From assembly GCA_002688775.1 (NCBI GenBank), contig NZDH01000004.1:54543-118542 (forward strand): a DNA stretch of 64,000 nucleotides, written 5' to 3'. This document shows, piece after piece, positions 48,092 through 57,931 of this stretch. Position 1 is the stretch's first letter. Each line of letters opens with the position of its first letter. Below the pieces are notes generated by a model. The model was not told the DNA's origin and ran no database searches. It was given only the letters and a program-made list of their open reading frames with translations. The stretch comes from Candidatus Woesearchaeota archaeon. GTDB taxonomy: Archaea; Nanobdellota; Nanobdellia; Woesearchaeales; GW2011-AR4. Both the position numbers and the translations under genes were made by a program.

Positions 48092-48865
48092 TTATTCGAA
48101 TACTTTCTGCCAGTTGGAATAGATGTTGTTTACTACTTCTATTATGTCCATTTTCTTTAATTCCGCTATTTTCCTGTAGCTTTCAATCACGTAAGCGGGT
48201 TCATTCCACTTGCCTTTGTATGGACCTAGATATGGGCTGTCTGTCTCGCAGAATAATTGTGTTATAGGGACGTTTCTTGCATTAGCCTGGAATTGCTCGC
48301 TTCTCACGACTGATGTAGGTATTGTTAAAAACCAGCCGTTTTCTGTGATTCTTTTAACTAAGGACTTTTTACCGCAAAAGCAATGCATTACTACCTTTTT
48401 TAGATTAGATTTTTCCAGAATTTCAATGCATTTTTGCTCTGCTTTTCTGGAATGGACAACTATTGGTTTTTTGAGTTCTTCAGCAAGCTTGATCATCTTT
48501 TCAAAATCCTCGATTTGCTGCTGATTTTGGCCGTCGACAAAGTCAAGGCCCACTTCACTAATAGCAACTATGTTATTTGCATTTTTTCTTATAAAATCGA
48601 TCTCTTCATCTATATCAAAATCCTCAAAATTTAATTGAGATTCAGCTTCTTTTTTCAGTGCATTTCTCGGGTATATTCCCATTGCACATCTCACAATATC
48701 ATATTTCTTAGAAAGCTCGAGGCATTTCCTGTTTGTTTCTGGGTTTATGCCGTTTGTTATAATATGCTTCAATCCAATATTCTTTGCTCTTATGACTATT
48801 TCATCTATTTTTGTGATTAATAATTCGTGGTCCAGATGGGAATGAATGTCTATCAATAGATTCAT
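48092..48865 (-). CDS. tatD: TatD-family metal-dependent hydrolase/DNase
   Basis: DIHSHLDH opens a TIM-barrel hydrolase pattern. Confidence 0.8.
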   Translation of the reverse strand: MNLLIDIHSHLDHELLITKIDEIVIRAKNIGLKHIITNGINPETNRKCLELSKKYDIVRCAMGIYPRNALKKEAESQLNFEDFDIDEEIDFIRKNANNIVAISEVGLDFVDGQNQQQIEDFEKMIKLAEELKKPIVVHSRKAEQKCIEILEKSNLKKVVMHCFCGKKSLVKRITENGWFLTIPTSVVRSEQFQANARNVPITQLFCETDSPYLGPYKGKWNEPAYVIESYRKIAELKKMDIIEVVNNIYSNWQKVFE

Positions 48866-49030
48866 TTTTACCCTATAGATTTTAATAAGATTTAAATAAC
48901 TATTGCGTTTACTAATGTATATGGATACTGTAAGACAGCAAGGAGTATAATTTTATCGAATTCTTAGTTTATTAGTTATATTGTTTTTATTTTTTTAAAA
49001 TATAGTTTTTTATTGTTAATAAAATAAAAA

Positions 49031-49948
49031 ATGAAGCCTGTCAACCATATAAAAATAAAAAAATCAATCACAGTAAATGAATTAGCTAGCCAGATGGATT
49101 TAGCTGGAGTTCTAGGTGCTGGGCGGCTTGGAAAAGCGCTTAATATTTGTGAAACTATGATTAAAGACAAAAATTGTAATGTATTTCTTGGATTAGCAGG
49201 GCCTTTAGTTCCTGGGGGGATGAGGGAAATCATCATTGATATGATAGAAAACAAATGGGTCGATGTTGTTGTTACAACAGGCGCTACTTTGACTCATGAT
49301 TTGGGAGAAGCGCTTGGCTATAGGCATTACCAAGGCAGTGCTGATGCAGATGACGCAGAACTTCACAAGAAAGGTTTTGACAGGGTCTATGAGTCTTACA
49401 TGCCAAACAAGATCTATGAAGGCATGGAAGAGTTTATTGCAGATAATTTTGATAAATTAAAGGACAAGAAATCAATCAAGGAGTTTTTATGGGAGCTTGG
49501 AATGTTAACTCCAAAAAGATCGATATGCAAAGCTTGTTTTGAAAATAAAATCCCTATATTCTGTCCTGCAATCTCTGATTCTGGCATTGGATTGATGATC
49601 TGGGGGCAGCTGGCAAGAGGGAAGGATATTGAAACAAGGACTTTTGACGACTTAAAAGAAATAATTGACATCGCTTGGACTTCGAAAAAGGCAGGAGTTA
49701 TCTATTTTGGTGGCGGAGTGCCTAAAAATTACATACAGCAAGCAATGCAGCTTACTCCAAAATCAGCTTCATACGGCGTTCAAATCACAATGGACAGGCC
49801 TGAGCCCGGCGGAAGTTCAGGTGCAGAGTTAAAAGAGGGAATTTCATGGGGCAAGATGAATCCAAAAGCGAGATTTGTTGATCTGATATGTGATGCAACA
49901 ATTGCAATGCCTATTATTTTTGCTGCACTGAAGGAGAGGATAAAATAG
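49031..49948 (+). CDS. dys: deoxyhypusine synthase
   Basis: FLGLAGPLVPGGMREIIIDMIENKWVDVVVTTGA fits the DHS NAD-binding core. Confidence 0.8.
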   Translation: MKPVNHIKIKKSITVNELASQMDLAGVLGAGRLGKALNICETMIKDKNCNVFLGLAGPLVPGGMREIIIDMIENKWVDVVVTTGATLTHDLGEALGYRHYQGSADADDAELHKKGFDRVYESYMPNKIYEGMEEFIADNFDKLKDKKSIKEFLWELGMLTPKRSICKACFENKIPIFCPAISDSGIGLMIWGQLARGKDIETRTFDDLKEIIDIAWTSKKAGVIYFGGGVPKNYIQQAMQLTPKSASYGVQITMDRPEPGGSSGAELKEGISWGKMNPKARFVDLICDATIAMPIIFAALKERIK

Positions 49949-50026
49949 CTTTTAGTTGAATTTTCAATTAGAATATTTTGTTAAGAAAATAAACTTTATA
50001 TACCAATATCTTTTCTAATGTAATAT

Positions 50027-51262
50027 ATGAACCCCATCTTCAAAGATAAAACCATAGTAATTGGAGTAACCGGAGGTATTGCGTGCTATAAAGTATTGGA
50101 TCTTATTAAAGAGCTGCGAAAACTAGGTTCTGAAGTTCATGTAATAATGACAGAGCATTCAACTCATTTAGTTGATGTTAAAGATTTTGAGAAAACATCA
50201 GGAAATGAAGTCCAGGTAAATTTATTCCATCCGAAGATAAATTATATTCAGTATGTTAAAAAGAATAAACCAATCAAGCACATTTCACTTGCAGATATTG
50301 CTGATTTATTTCTTGTCTGTCCTGCAACAGCTAATTTAGTCGGCAAGATAGCAAATGGAATTGCTGATGATTTATTGACAACTTCTATTGTTGCAACAAT
50401 TGCGCCTGTTTTGATCTGCCCTGCTATGAATGTGAAGATGTGGAAGAATCCAATTGTGCAGGGTAATGTAAAAAAGCTGAAAAAGCTGAATTATCATTTT
50501 GTTGATCCTGAATATGGTGAATTGGCATGCGGATACAAAGGGGTTGGAAGGCTTGCAAATTCAAAAAAGATCATTGATAGAATTGAATTATTGCTAAAAC
50601 AGAAGAATGATCTAAAAGGAAAAAAAATTTTAGTAACAGCAGGAGCAACTTTTGAGGAAATTGACAAAATAAGGATAATCACTAACAAAAGCTCTGGAAA
50701 GATGGGGTTAAATATTGCTGAGCAGGCATTCTTAAGGGGCGCAGGTGTTTTTTTATTGAGGGGGCATAATTCAGTTGAGCCGAACTACAACATTAGGAAT
50801 GAAAAATACGATTCTGTCAAGGATTTACATAATAAAATAAAAAATAAAATAAAAAATTTTGATATTGTAATCCATTCTGCCGCTGTTTCTGATTTTGAAC
50901 TTAACAATAAAAAAAAGTCTAAAATAAAAAGCACAGAAGATTTGCATTTGGAATTAGCTCCAACAACAAAGATTTTTGAAAAATTGAAAAATATGAATGA
51001 AAAAATATTTTTGGTTGGATTCAAGGCAGAGTTCAATGTAAGCTCAAAAGATCTTATAAATAGGGCTTATGATCTACTAAAAAGTGCTAATGCGGACATT
51101 GTTGTTGCTAATGATGTGGGTAAAAAGAATGCTGGTTTTGACGTCGATACAAATGAAGTTTATATTATTGACAAAAATAAAAAAGTCCAACATATAGGAT
51201 TGTCTGAGAAGCGATCTGTTGCTGACAGGCTATTAGACAATATAGCTGATAAGATTAAATAA
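50027..51262 (+). CDS. coaBC: bifunctional phosphopantothenoylcysteine decarboxylase / phosphopantothenate-cysteine ligase
   Basis: The N-terminal flavoprotein domain (IGVTGGIACYK) is followed by a C-terminal CoaB domain. Confidence 0.8.
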   Translation: MNPIFKDKTIVIGVTGGIACYKVLDLIKELRKLGSEVHVIMTEHSTHLVDVKDFEKTSGNEVQVNLFHPKINYIQYVKKNKPIKHISLADIADLFLVCPATANLVGKIANGIADDLLTTSIVATIAPVLICPAMNVKMWKNPIVQGNVKKLKKLNYHFVDPEYGELACGYKGVGRLANSKKIIDRIELLLKQKNDLKGKKILVTAGATFEEIDKIRIITNKSSGKMGLNIAEQAFLRGAGVFLLRGHNSVEPNYNIRNEKYDSVKDLHNKIKNKIKNFDIVIHSAAVSDFELNNKKKSKIKSTEDLHLELAPTTKIFEKLKNMNEKIFLVGFKAEFNVSSKDLINRAYDLLKSANADIVVANDVGKKNAGFDVDTNEVYIIDKNKKVQHIGLSEKRSVADRLLDNIADKIK

Positions 51263-51932
51263 TATGCTTAAGAATCTCTCTTAAATCTTTTTTCTCAATA
51301 ACTACATCAGCTGCTTGTTTTAGTTCATCATGCTTGCAATTAAATGCTATGCCCAATCCTGCTTCCTGTATTATTTTCATATCGTTCAGGTAATCTCCAA
51401 CAAATACACACTCACTAAGGCTTATTTTTTCTCTTTCAGCGATTTTCTTAAGGGCTAATGCCTTTGCGTCCATGTCAAATTCTGTGGCTTCTACATGATT
51501 TATACTTCCATTCCCATCAAAATAGATTTTGCTTAGAAAAACATCATCGAAAAATTCATTGTAATCATGGATGAATTTTTCAAGCAAAAGGTTTATGGAA
51601 CCAGAAATGACTGCCAGCTTTAATCCATTTCTCTTTAGTTCAGTTAATGTCCCCATAGCACCTTCCATCAGTTTAAGGTCTTTTAATGCCCTGAAGAAAT
51701 CCTCTTTGCTGGCTTTCTTCTCCTTCCACATGCTTATATCATGCTCTGCCCATTGTTTGTATGTTATATGGCCATTAAAGAACTTATTTCTTGCATCTTC
51801 CCTTTTATGCTTATCAGTCTGAAAATAATCATGGAAAATCTGCCATGAGAACTGCACATTGTCTATTAAAGTTCCATCCACATCAAAGCATACTAGTTTG
51901 TATTTTGGCATATTGTAGAAGAATACAGCCAC
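51255..51932 (-). CDS. HAD-superfamily phosphatase
   Basis: CFDVDGTLID is HAD motif I, and a downstream GDYLNDM follows. Confidence 0.75.
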   Translation of the reverse strand: MAVFFYNMPKYKLVCFDVDGTLIDNVQFSWQIFHDYFQTDKHKREDARNKFFNGHITYKQWAEHDISMWKEKKASKEDFFRALKDLKLMEGAMGTLTELKRNGLKLAVISGSINLLLEKFIHDYNEFFDDVFLSKIYFDGNGSINHVEATEFDMDAKALALKKIAEREKISLSECVFVGDYLNDMKIIQEAGLGIAFNCKHDELKQAADVVIEKKDLREILKHII

Positions 51933-51999
51933 TATTTTAAATTTTGTTGCTGTTCAAATCAAGCAAAACTAATTTAAATGGCCAAATATTATTACTGTT

Positions 52000-52962
52000 A
52001 TGCTGCCTTTATTAGTCTGGGTGGGAATTTTCCTTGTAAGTCTTTTTGTCTTAATCAAGGCATCTGATTATTTTACAGAGGCTGCTGAGAAGATAGGCTT
52101 GTTTTTTAGGGTTCCTGCATTCATTATTGGTGTGACAATAATTGCCATCGGTACTTCGTTACCTGAACTTATATCATCAATTATTGCAGTTCTTAAAGGG
52201 TCCTCAGAAATAGTAATAGCCAATGTCATAGGCTCCAATATTGCAAATATTTTCTTGATTTTGGGCATTGCGGCTATCTTAAGTAAGAAATTAAAGATTA
52301 ATTTTGAATTAATCCATGTGGACTTGCCATTTTTAGTTGGATCGGCATTTTTACTTGCTATCACAGTTTGGGATGGTGTTTTTACATTAGCAGAAGGGTT
52401 GCTCTCTATTGTGGGGATAATTATTTATTCTATTTATACTATAAAATCTGAAGAAAGGCTTAAAGATAAAGAGATAAAAAAGGAGATGAAGGGGTATCTC
52501 AAAAAAAGGAGAAAACTTGGAATTAAAACAGTATTTGTTCTTATCATCAGCGGAGTTTTCATATATATTGGGGCAAATTATACAATAGAATCTGTCATAA
52601 AGCTTTCAGAAATATTGAACATAGGCAAAGAGTTGATAGCAATTACCGCTGTTGCCTTAGGCACTTCGCTGCCGGAACTTACTGTTACACTAAATTTGGC
52701 AAAAAAAGGAAAACCCGAGATGGCAGTCGGCAATATTTTGGGTTCAAGTATTTTTAATGCATTGGCTGTAATGGGGATCCCTGCATTATTTGGAGCATTA
52801 ATAATCCCACAAAGTATCTTAACATTTGGATTGCCGATGATGCTGATTGCAACATTGCTGTACTTCTTCATCACCCAAGATAATGAGATAACAATTTGGG
52901 AAGGTTATATGCTGATAATTTTTTATGTCTTCTTTATTGGGAAATTGTTTAATATATTTTGA
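52000..52962 (+). CDS. CaCA-family Na+/Ca2+ exchanger membrane protein (YrbG-like)
   Basis: Two alpha-repeats are present, GTSLPELISS and GTSLPELTVT. Confidence 0.8.
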   Translation: MLPLLVWVGIFLVSLFVLIKASDYFTEAAEKIGLFFRVPAFIIGVTIIAIGTSLPELISSIIAVLKGSSEIVIANVIGSNIANIFLILGIAAILSKKLKINFELIHVDLPFLVGSAFLLAITVWDGVFTLAEGLLSIVGIIIYSIYTIKSEERLKDKEIKKEMKGYLKKRRKLGIKTVFVLIISGVFIYIGANYTIESVIKLSEILNIGKELIAITAVALGTSLPELTVTLNLAKKGKPEMAVGNILGSSIFNALAVMGIPALFGALIIPQSILTFGLPMMLIATLLYFFITQDNEITIWEGYMLIIFYVFFIGKLFNIF

Positions 52963-53009
52963 TTATTTAATAGAAAAGATTTTTAAAGAAGTGGGTATTA
53001 AAATAAACT

Positions 53010-53426
53010 ATGATAAAAAGTATAATGCTTCCTGTGGATGGCTCTTCATTCTCTGAAAAGGCTGGAGAACACGCAATTTTTCTTGCTAAGGGTCTGAATG
53101 CCAAACTGACAGCTGTTCATGTGCTAAAATTAGGCAACACACAAAAGCTTGATGATGAGAATATTGAAAATGCTAAGATGAAGGAGGCTGATACGGTCTT
53201 TAGCTCTATCAAAGAGAAGGCTACAAAGCAATCGGTTGAAATGGAAACAAAGATACTAGTTTCAAGAGATATTGTAGAGACAATTCTTGAAGAAGCTAAG
53301 GATGGGAACTATGATGTTATTGTTATGGGGTCACATGGATTAAGCGGTCTAAAAAAGCTAATTCTTGGTAGTGTTACGGAAGAAGTCCTAAAAAGGTCAA
53401 CAATACCTGTTTTTGTATCGAGATAA
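53010..53426 (+). CDS. universal stress protein (UspA family)
   Basis: VIVMGSHGLSGLKKLILGSVTEEV is the UspA ATP-binding motif. Confidence 0.8.
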   Translation: MIKSIMLPVDGSSFSEKAGEHAIFLAKGLNAKLTAVHVLKLGNTQKLDDENIENAKMKEADTVFSSIKEKATKQSVEMETKILVSRDIVETILEEAKDGNYDVIVMGSHGLSGLKKLILGSVTEEVLKRSTIPVFVSR

Positions 53427-53450
53427 AAATTTATAAAGTTCCAAATAATT

Positions 53451-54917
53451 TTGTTTATTATGCTAAGGCCAGTAAGGTTAGTCAGGATTCTCTGTACATT
53501 TCCAAAAAAGTTTACAGGGAATGTTATTTCAAAGCTGCAAGACATTGGGATTGTTCACTTAATTAGAACAGGAGAAATCAACGGTTTTAAACCAGTAAAA
53601 TTAGATAATGATGAATATAATAAATTACCCCTATTACTTAAAAGAACTAATTCTTTGATAAAGTTGATTGAATCTAGAACCTTAAAACCTGTAATGAGAA
53701 AATTTTTTGGTCCTATGTATGTTTCTGTTTCGTCCAAGGATTATGATGACTTAGGAAGATTAGTGAAACAATTAAAGCAGTTAGAAACCAAATACATGGA
53801 ATTAAAATATGTAAGAACTAAGATAAACATAAGTGACTATAATCAACTTTTAATATTTAGGGATGTAATTAACGATAAACTAGATCGCCTTAAAGCTTTG
53901 CAGCTTTTTTCCGAGTCAAAATTCCTTATGCTTTTTCAAGGATGGGTGCAACATGATAAAGTAGAAAGAGTAAAAAATGTTATAAATATCGCAACAGAGG
54001 ACAAATCCGCTTTTGAAGTGCATAATCCTAAACCTGATGAAGACCCCCCTACATTGCTTAGAAATCTTAGGATGGTTAAACCTTTTGAAATTTTCACCGA
54101 GTATTATGGTACCCCGGGGTATAAGGAGATTGACCCTACATTTATAATAGCATTTTCTTTTACTTTTATATTCGGGCTTATGTTTGCTGATATTGGATAT
54201 GGACTGAGCTTAGTTGTATTGAGCATTTTTGCTTATTTTTATACAACAAAAGAATCGATGTTTAGAAGAAATTTAAATCTCGTACTTGTTTATTTTGGAT
54301 TGTCTTCTATGTTTTTTGGCTTTCTTGTTGGAGAATTTTTTGGCATACATTTTAGAAAAGGGGTGCTAGATCCGGTAAATGATATATTATTATTCTTAAT
54401 AATATCCGTATTGATTGGATTAGTGCATATGAGCATAGGTATTTTATCGAAAATATTAACGAACATTAAAGATAAAAAAAATTTAATTCATGCCCTATCC
54501 CTTCTTCTGGTAATGTGGTCTGCTTTCTCCATTTACTTTCAACGAGATTTAGTATTAAACAAAATATTATTAGGGATAGGAATATTGGGTCTTTTAATCA
54601 TAAAAAAATTTGAAATACTTAAAGAACTATCGTCTGTGCTTGTTGGTGCTGTCTCTTATATGAGAATTGCAATTTTGGGCCTAGGCCATTTAATAATAAA
54701 CAGGTTATTGATTTCTTCATTTTCAAACTTAAGTGGAAGTTTAATAGAAATTAGTTTATTTCTAATATTATTTTTTATTGGATCTCTTATAGTGCTAACT
54801 TTTGGAGTTTTTGTAGCTGCTATACAGGTCTTAAGACTGCATTGGCTTGAATTCTACTCCCAGTTTTTTATTGGGAAAGGCAAAAAATTTGAGGCATTTA
54901 AGCATTCTGTATTTTAG
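53451..54917 (+). CDS. A/V-type ATPase subunit I (a-subunit) homolog, short form, without neighbouring ATPase genes
   Basis: A soluble N-terminus precedes the multi-TM C-terminus. VSYMRIAILGLGH matches the a-subunit SYLRLWALSLAH segment that carries the essential Arg. Confidence 0.6.
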   Translation: MFIMLRPVRLVRILCTFPKKFTGNVISKLQDIGIVHLIRTGEINGFKPVKLDNDEYNKLPLLLKRTNSLIKLIESRTLKPVMRKFFGPMYVSVSSKDYDDLGRLVKQLKQLETKYMELKYVRTKINISDYNQLLIFRDVINDKLDRLKALQLFSESKFLMLFQGWVQHDKVERVKNVINIATEDKSAFEVHNPKPDEDPPTLLRNLRMVKPFEIFTEYYGTPGYKEIDPTFIIAFSFTFIFGLMFADIGYGLSLVVLSIFAYFYTTKESMFRRNLNLVLVYFGLSSMFFGFLVGEFFGIHFRKGVLDPVNDILLFLIISVLIGLVHMSIGILSKILTNIKDKKNLIHALSLLLVMWSAFSIYFQRDLVLNKILLGIGILGLLIIKKFEILKELSSVLVGAVSYMRIAILGLGHLIINRLLISSFSNLSGSLIEISLFLILFFIGSLIVLTFGVFVAAIQVLRLHWLEFYSQFFIGKGKKFEAFKHSVF

Positions 54918-54936
54918 GATTAATTTATCTGAAGAA

Positions 54937-55008
54937 TGCCCCTGCCGAGATTTGAACTCGGGTTAAAAGCTCCGCAAGCTCTCGTGTTGTCGACTACACT
55001 ACAGGGGC
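54937..55008 (-). tRNA. tRNA-Arg(GCG)
   Basis: The minus-strand read is GCCCCTG-TA-GTG-TAGTCGACAA-CAC-G-AGAGC-TTGCGGA-GCTTT-TAAC-CCGAG-TTCAAAT-CTCGG-CAGGGGC-A. Confidence 0.75.
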
Positions 55009-55120
55009 GTAAACTGGAGTTTAGAAATACGATATATAAAGTTTGTTGAAGCTAAATTTTACTACTTGATTATAGTAACAAATAGAAAGCTTTATAAAGG
55101 GTTGTTTAGGAACAATATAT

Positions 55121-55855
55121 ATGATAAAAGATCCAACACTAGATGACATTATAACATTTTCATGTGGAATTGGAAGGTCTTACGAGGAAGCAGAGAGAGC
55201 TTTAAGGAAAGCTAAAGCCAGGAAGGATGCTTTTAAAGGACCTAGCAGGACAGATCCAAATGTTGTTGTTTATCAAGGAGATAGAATTCAAGACAGAGAA
55301 GATTGGGCTAATGCATTAGATTACAGAAGAATCCTAAGAATAGTTGAAGAGAACCATAATGATCGAAGGGACTTGGATGCAGTTGAAAGAATGGCAAGAG
55401 ACCCTCAAACTGGATTATACAATGCTATGGGCTATGCTCATAGGCGCCTTGAATTAAGTGAACTGGGGATTAATAACGGCTATTACATACTTCTTGATGG
55501 AAACAATATGAAACAAGAAAACGCCAGGATTGGATCATCTCATGTTAATGATTTATTGGCCGAGGCTGGCAAAGGTTTGATTGAAGCTACAAGATCAGGA
55601 ACTGAAAGAAGGGTTTCTACAGAACAACCCACAAATGAGGATAGAAGGAAAAAAGAGGATAGAAGGAAATATCAAGATGAAGGAGACATCATAGCGCATA
55701 GGGTACATGGTGATGGTGATGAATTTTTGGTTTTTGTTCCAACAGAGTATAGAAGAAAAAATATCAGGGAGAATATGCAATCTGTGGCTGAACGTATTTC
55801 GGGATTTATGCATGTTTATCAAGGCAGATATATAAGAAAAAACTTTATGATTTAA
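55121..55855 (+). CDS. GGDEF-family (diguanylate-cyclase-like) nucleotidyl cyclase domain protein with variant HGDGDEF motif
   Basis: DPQTGLYNAMGYAHRR matches D-x-L-TGL-x-NRR. YYILLDGNNMKQENARIGSSHVNDLL lines up with IDHFKxINDxxGHxxGD. IAHRVHGDGDEFLVFV lines up with the R-x-GGDEF strand. The protein is R/D/E-rich and K-poor. Confidence 0.55.
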   Translation: MIKDPTLDDIITFSCGIGRSYEEAERALRKAKARKDAFKGPSRTDPNVVVYQGDRIQDREDWANALDYRRILRIVEENHNDRRDLDAVERMARDPQTGLYNAMGYAHRRLELSELGINNGYYILLDGNNMKQENARIGSSHVNDLLAEAGKGLIEATRSGTERRVSTEQPTNEDRRKKEDRRKYQDEGDIIAHRVHGDGDEFLVFVPTEYRRKNIRENMQSVAERISGFMHVYQGRYIRKNFMI

Positions 55856-55881
55856 CTACAACGCCTCAGTTTTAAGAAAAC

Positions 55882-57441
55882 TCATTCACCGTAGTCCCTC
55901 AAACTAATCTGGCCTTTTCTTTTATTTTGTGGAACAGATTTTAGTTCCTGCCCGAGCTGCTTCTTTATGCTCAGCGCAGTCTTCTCGCCTATCAGCTGGG
56001 TCAAAGTAGAAAGATCTGTATTTTTGATGTCTTTGATGTCTTTCAGCCTGTTCCTGAATAGAATTCTAGCTCTAACTCGCCCAATGTTTTCCATTCTAAC
56101 TAATGGCAATAATTCTTCCTTGACACCATATTTTAATCTCAATCTTAATTTTACAATTTCTTTAATTAATGACTGATAGTGCATTATTTTGGATATCTCT
56201 TCTGTTGCGTAGAGCAGCCAATCAGCAATATCAAGCTTAACTTTTATTTCGCCCGGCCTTATGTTGTATTCCTCAAGAAGAAATTCTTCATCTTTCTCGC
56301 TTATCCAGTGATTGAACATCATGGCAGTTTTTATAGAATTCAGGAAATCTTCATATTCTGGTTCATACATTGAAGGCTCGTTCTCAAGCAACAAATCGCT
56401 GAATTCAAACAATGATTCTTGTATCTTGTCATGTTCCCTGATTCCTACCCTCATGATTGGCCTTATCTCCAAAGTGCGTGAAATCATCTGTAAAAAGGAG
56501 AATGCATCAACTTTTTTGTCAGAAGCATTTCTCATGCATGTAATGATGAAATAAGCAGTTAAAGGATCTATATACAGCTCTGCAACTCTTTTTCCAATCA
56601 AAGTTGCCTTTAGTTTTTCATCCTCTAGCTCGTTAGCGCTTGAAAATTCATCCCGGGAGCTCATTATGAATTCCCAATCATCCAGTAAATCAATCACCTT
56701 GTTGATTGTCCCATGAAGCCTTCTTAAATCCTTGAATTGGTAAGCGTAAAATGTCCTGTCAAAGAATTCATAGAGCTCTTTTTTTGTTGTTATAAAATTA
56801 GCTGCAATTAATGATAAAACATGAGTTCTGAGAACCGGTTCCACTGCCAGCTTTGAATAGATGTCTTCTGGTGAACCTTCCAGGTATCTCTCTTCTATTT
56901 TTTCCTTCTCCGAATTTGTCAGTGCTATTACAATTGATTGTCCTTCTTTGTCATAATTGGGACGGCCAGCTCTTCCAGACATCTGCATGTAATCCAGAAT
57001 AGGAATCCAGCTTAATCCGTGCATAGTGTATCTTCTTAAGTCTTTAATTATGGCCCTGTATGCAGGCAGATCAACACCGTAAGCAAGAGTCGGTGTGCAG
57101 CAGATTATGCTTATTGCACCTTTTCTAAAATTATCTTCTATAATGTCTTTTTGTTTCTGGGTCAATCCAGCATGGTGAAAAGCAATGCCTTTTTTTAAGC
57201 AGAATGCCAGTCTTTCGCACTGCTTGGTTGGCTTTGAAAGAACATCCAGGGCTTTGTCAGCTAAATTTATTAATTCTGTGCTGTCTGTCTTAAGTTTTTT
57301 TGAAATATCCTCGGCGGTTTTCTCAGCTGATTTTTTTGTATTTACGAACACCAAAGCCTGTTTTCCAATTTTTATAGTATCTAAAGCAATATTCAGAACA
57401 CCGCTGTCAAATTTGTCATCTATATTGATGGGCTTGGACAT
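55882..57441 (-). CDS. Hel308/Ski2-like helicase C-terminal half only (RecA domain 2 + winged helix + ratchet/Sec63-like + HhH); N-terminal DEAD/DEAH domain 1 absent
   Basis: GIAFHHAGL and QMSGRAGR (motif VI) mark helicase domain 2. The protein begins at the start of domain 2, and the upstream ORF is unrelated. Confidence 0.65.
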   Translation of the reverse strand: MSKPINIDDKFDSGVLNIALDTIKIGKQALVFVNTKKSAEKTAEDISKKLKTDSTELINLADKALDVLSKPTKQCERLAFCLKKGIAFHHAGLTQKQKDIIEDNFRKGAISIICCTPTLAYGVDLPAYRAIIKDLRRYTMHGLSWIPILDYMQMSGRAGRPNYDKEGQSIVIALTNSEKEKIEERYLEGSPEDIYSKLAVEPVLRTHVLSLIAANFITTKKELYEFFDRTFYAYQFKDLRRLHGTINKVIDLLDDWEFIMSSRDEFSSANELEDEKLKATLIGKRVAELYIDPLTAYFIITCMRNASDKKVDAFSFLQMISRTLEIRPIMRVGIREHDKIQESLFEFSDLLLENEPSMYEPEYEDFLNSIKTAMMFNHWISEKDEEFLLEEYNIRPGEIKVKLDIADWLLYATEEISKIMHYQSLIKEIVKLRLRLKYGVKEELLPLVRMENIGRVRARILFRNRLKDIKDIKNTDLSTLTQLIGEKTALSIKKQLGQELKSVPQNKRKGQISLRDYGE

Positions 57442-57484
57442 AAAATCATAAAAGAAAAGGTTGTTTATAAATATTGTTGAAATA

Positions 57485-57859
57485 TTATTTATGTGGAGGA
57501 TTTTTTAAAACTTTAAATGCTTCATCATCATCCATTGACAATGTCCTAAATTCTATTTTACCGGTTAAAGGATGTTTTACAATTTCTATTTTTGTAAAAT
57601 ATACAGGGCCACCCATCTTAGTTATTGTAAGATCATCGCGAATTTCATTGTCGCTTCCTCCTGCGCCTCCAAGAACACCAGACACCTCGCTATAAATCAC
57701 ATCCAACAGCATGTTTATTGTGACTCTTAGTTTTTCTAATGCTTCTGTTGTATATCTTCCTCTTCGAGAAGCTGCAAAATTTTGTTTTTCCAATTCAGTT
57801 ATGCAGCTCTGAAGCAACTGCAGGAAACTCCATACATTATCAATCACAATCTTTGTCAT
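57485..57859 (-). CDS. hypothetical protein
   Basis: The ORF is intact and I recognise no motif. Confidence 0.3.
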   Translation of the reverse strand: MTKIVIDNVWSFLQLLQSCITELEKQNFAASRRGRYTTEALEKLRVTINMLLDVIYSEVSGVLGGAGGSDNEIRDDLTITKMGGPVYFTKIEIVKHPLTGKIEFRTLSMDDDEAFKVLKNPPHK

Positions 57860-57931
57860 TTTATTTATAATACGTATTATTTTTAAATTACTTAATAAAG
57901 TTTTCTTTTAGTGATCTACAGAAAAATTGTT

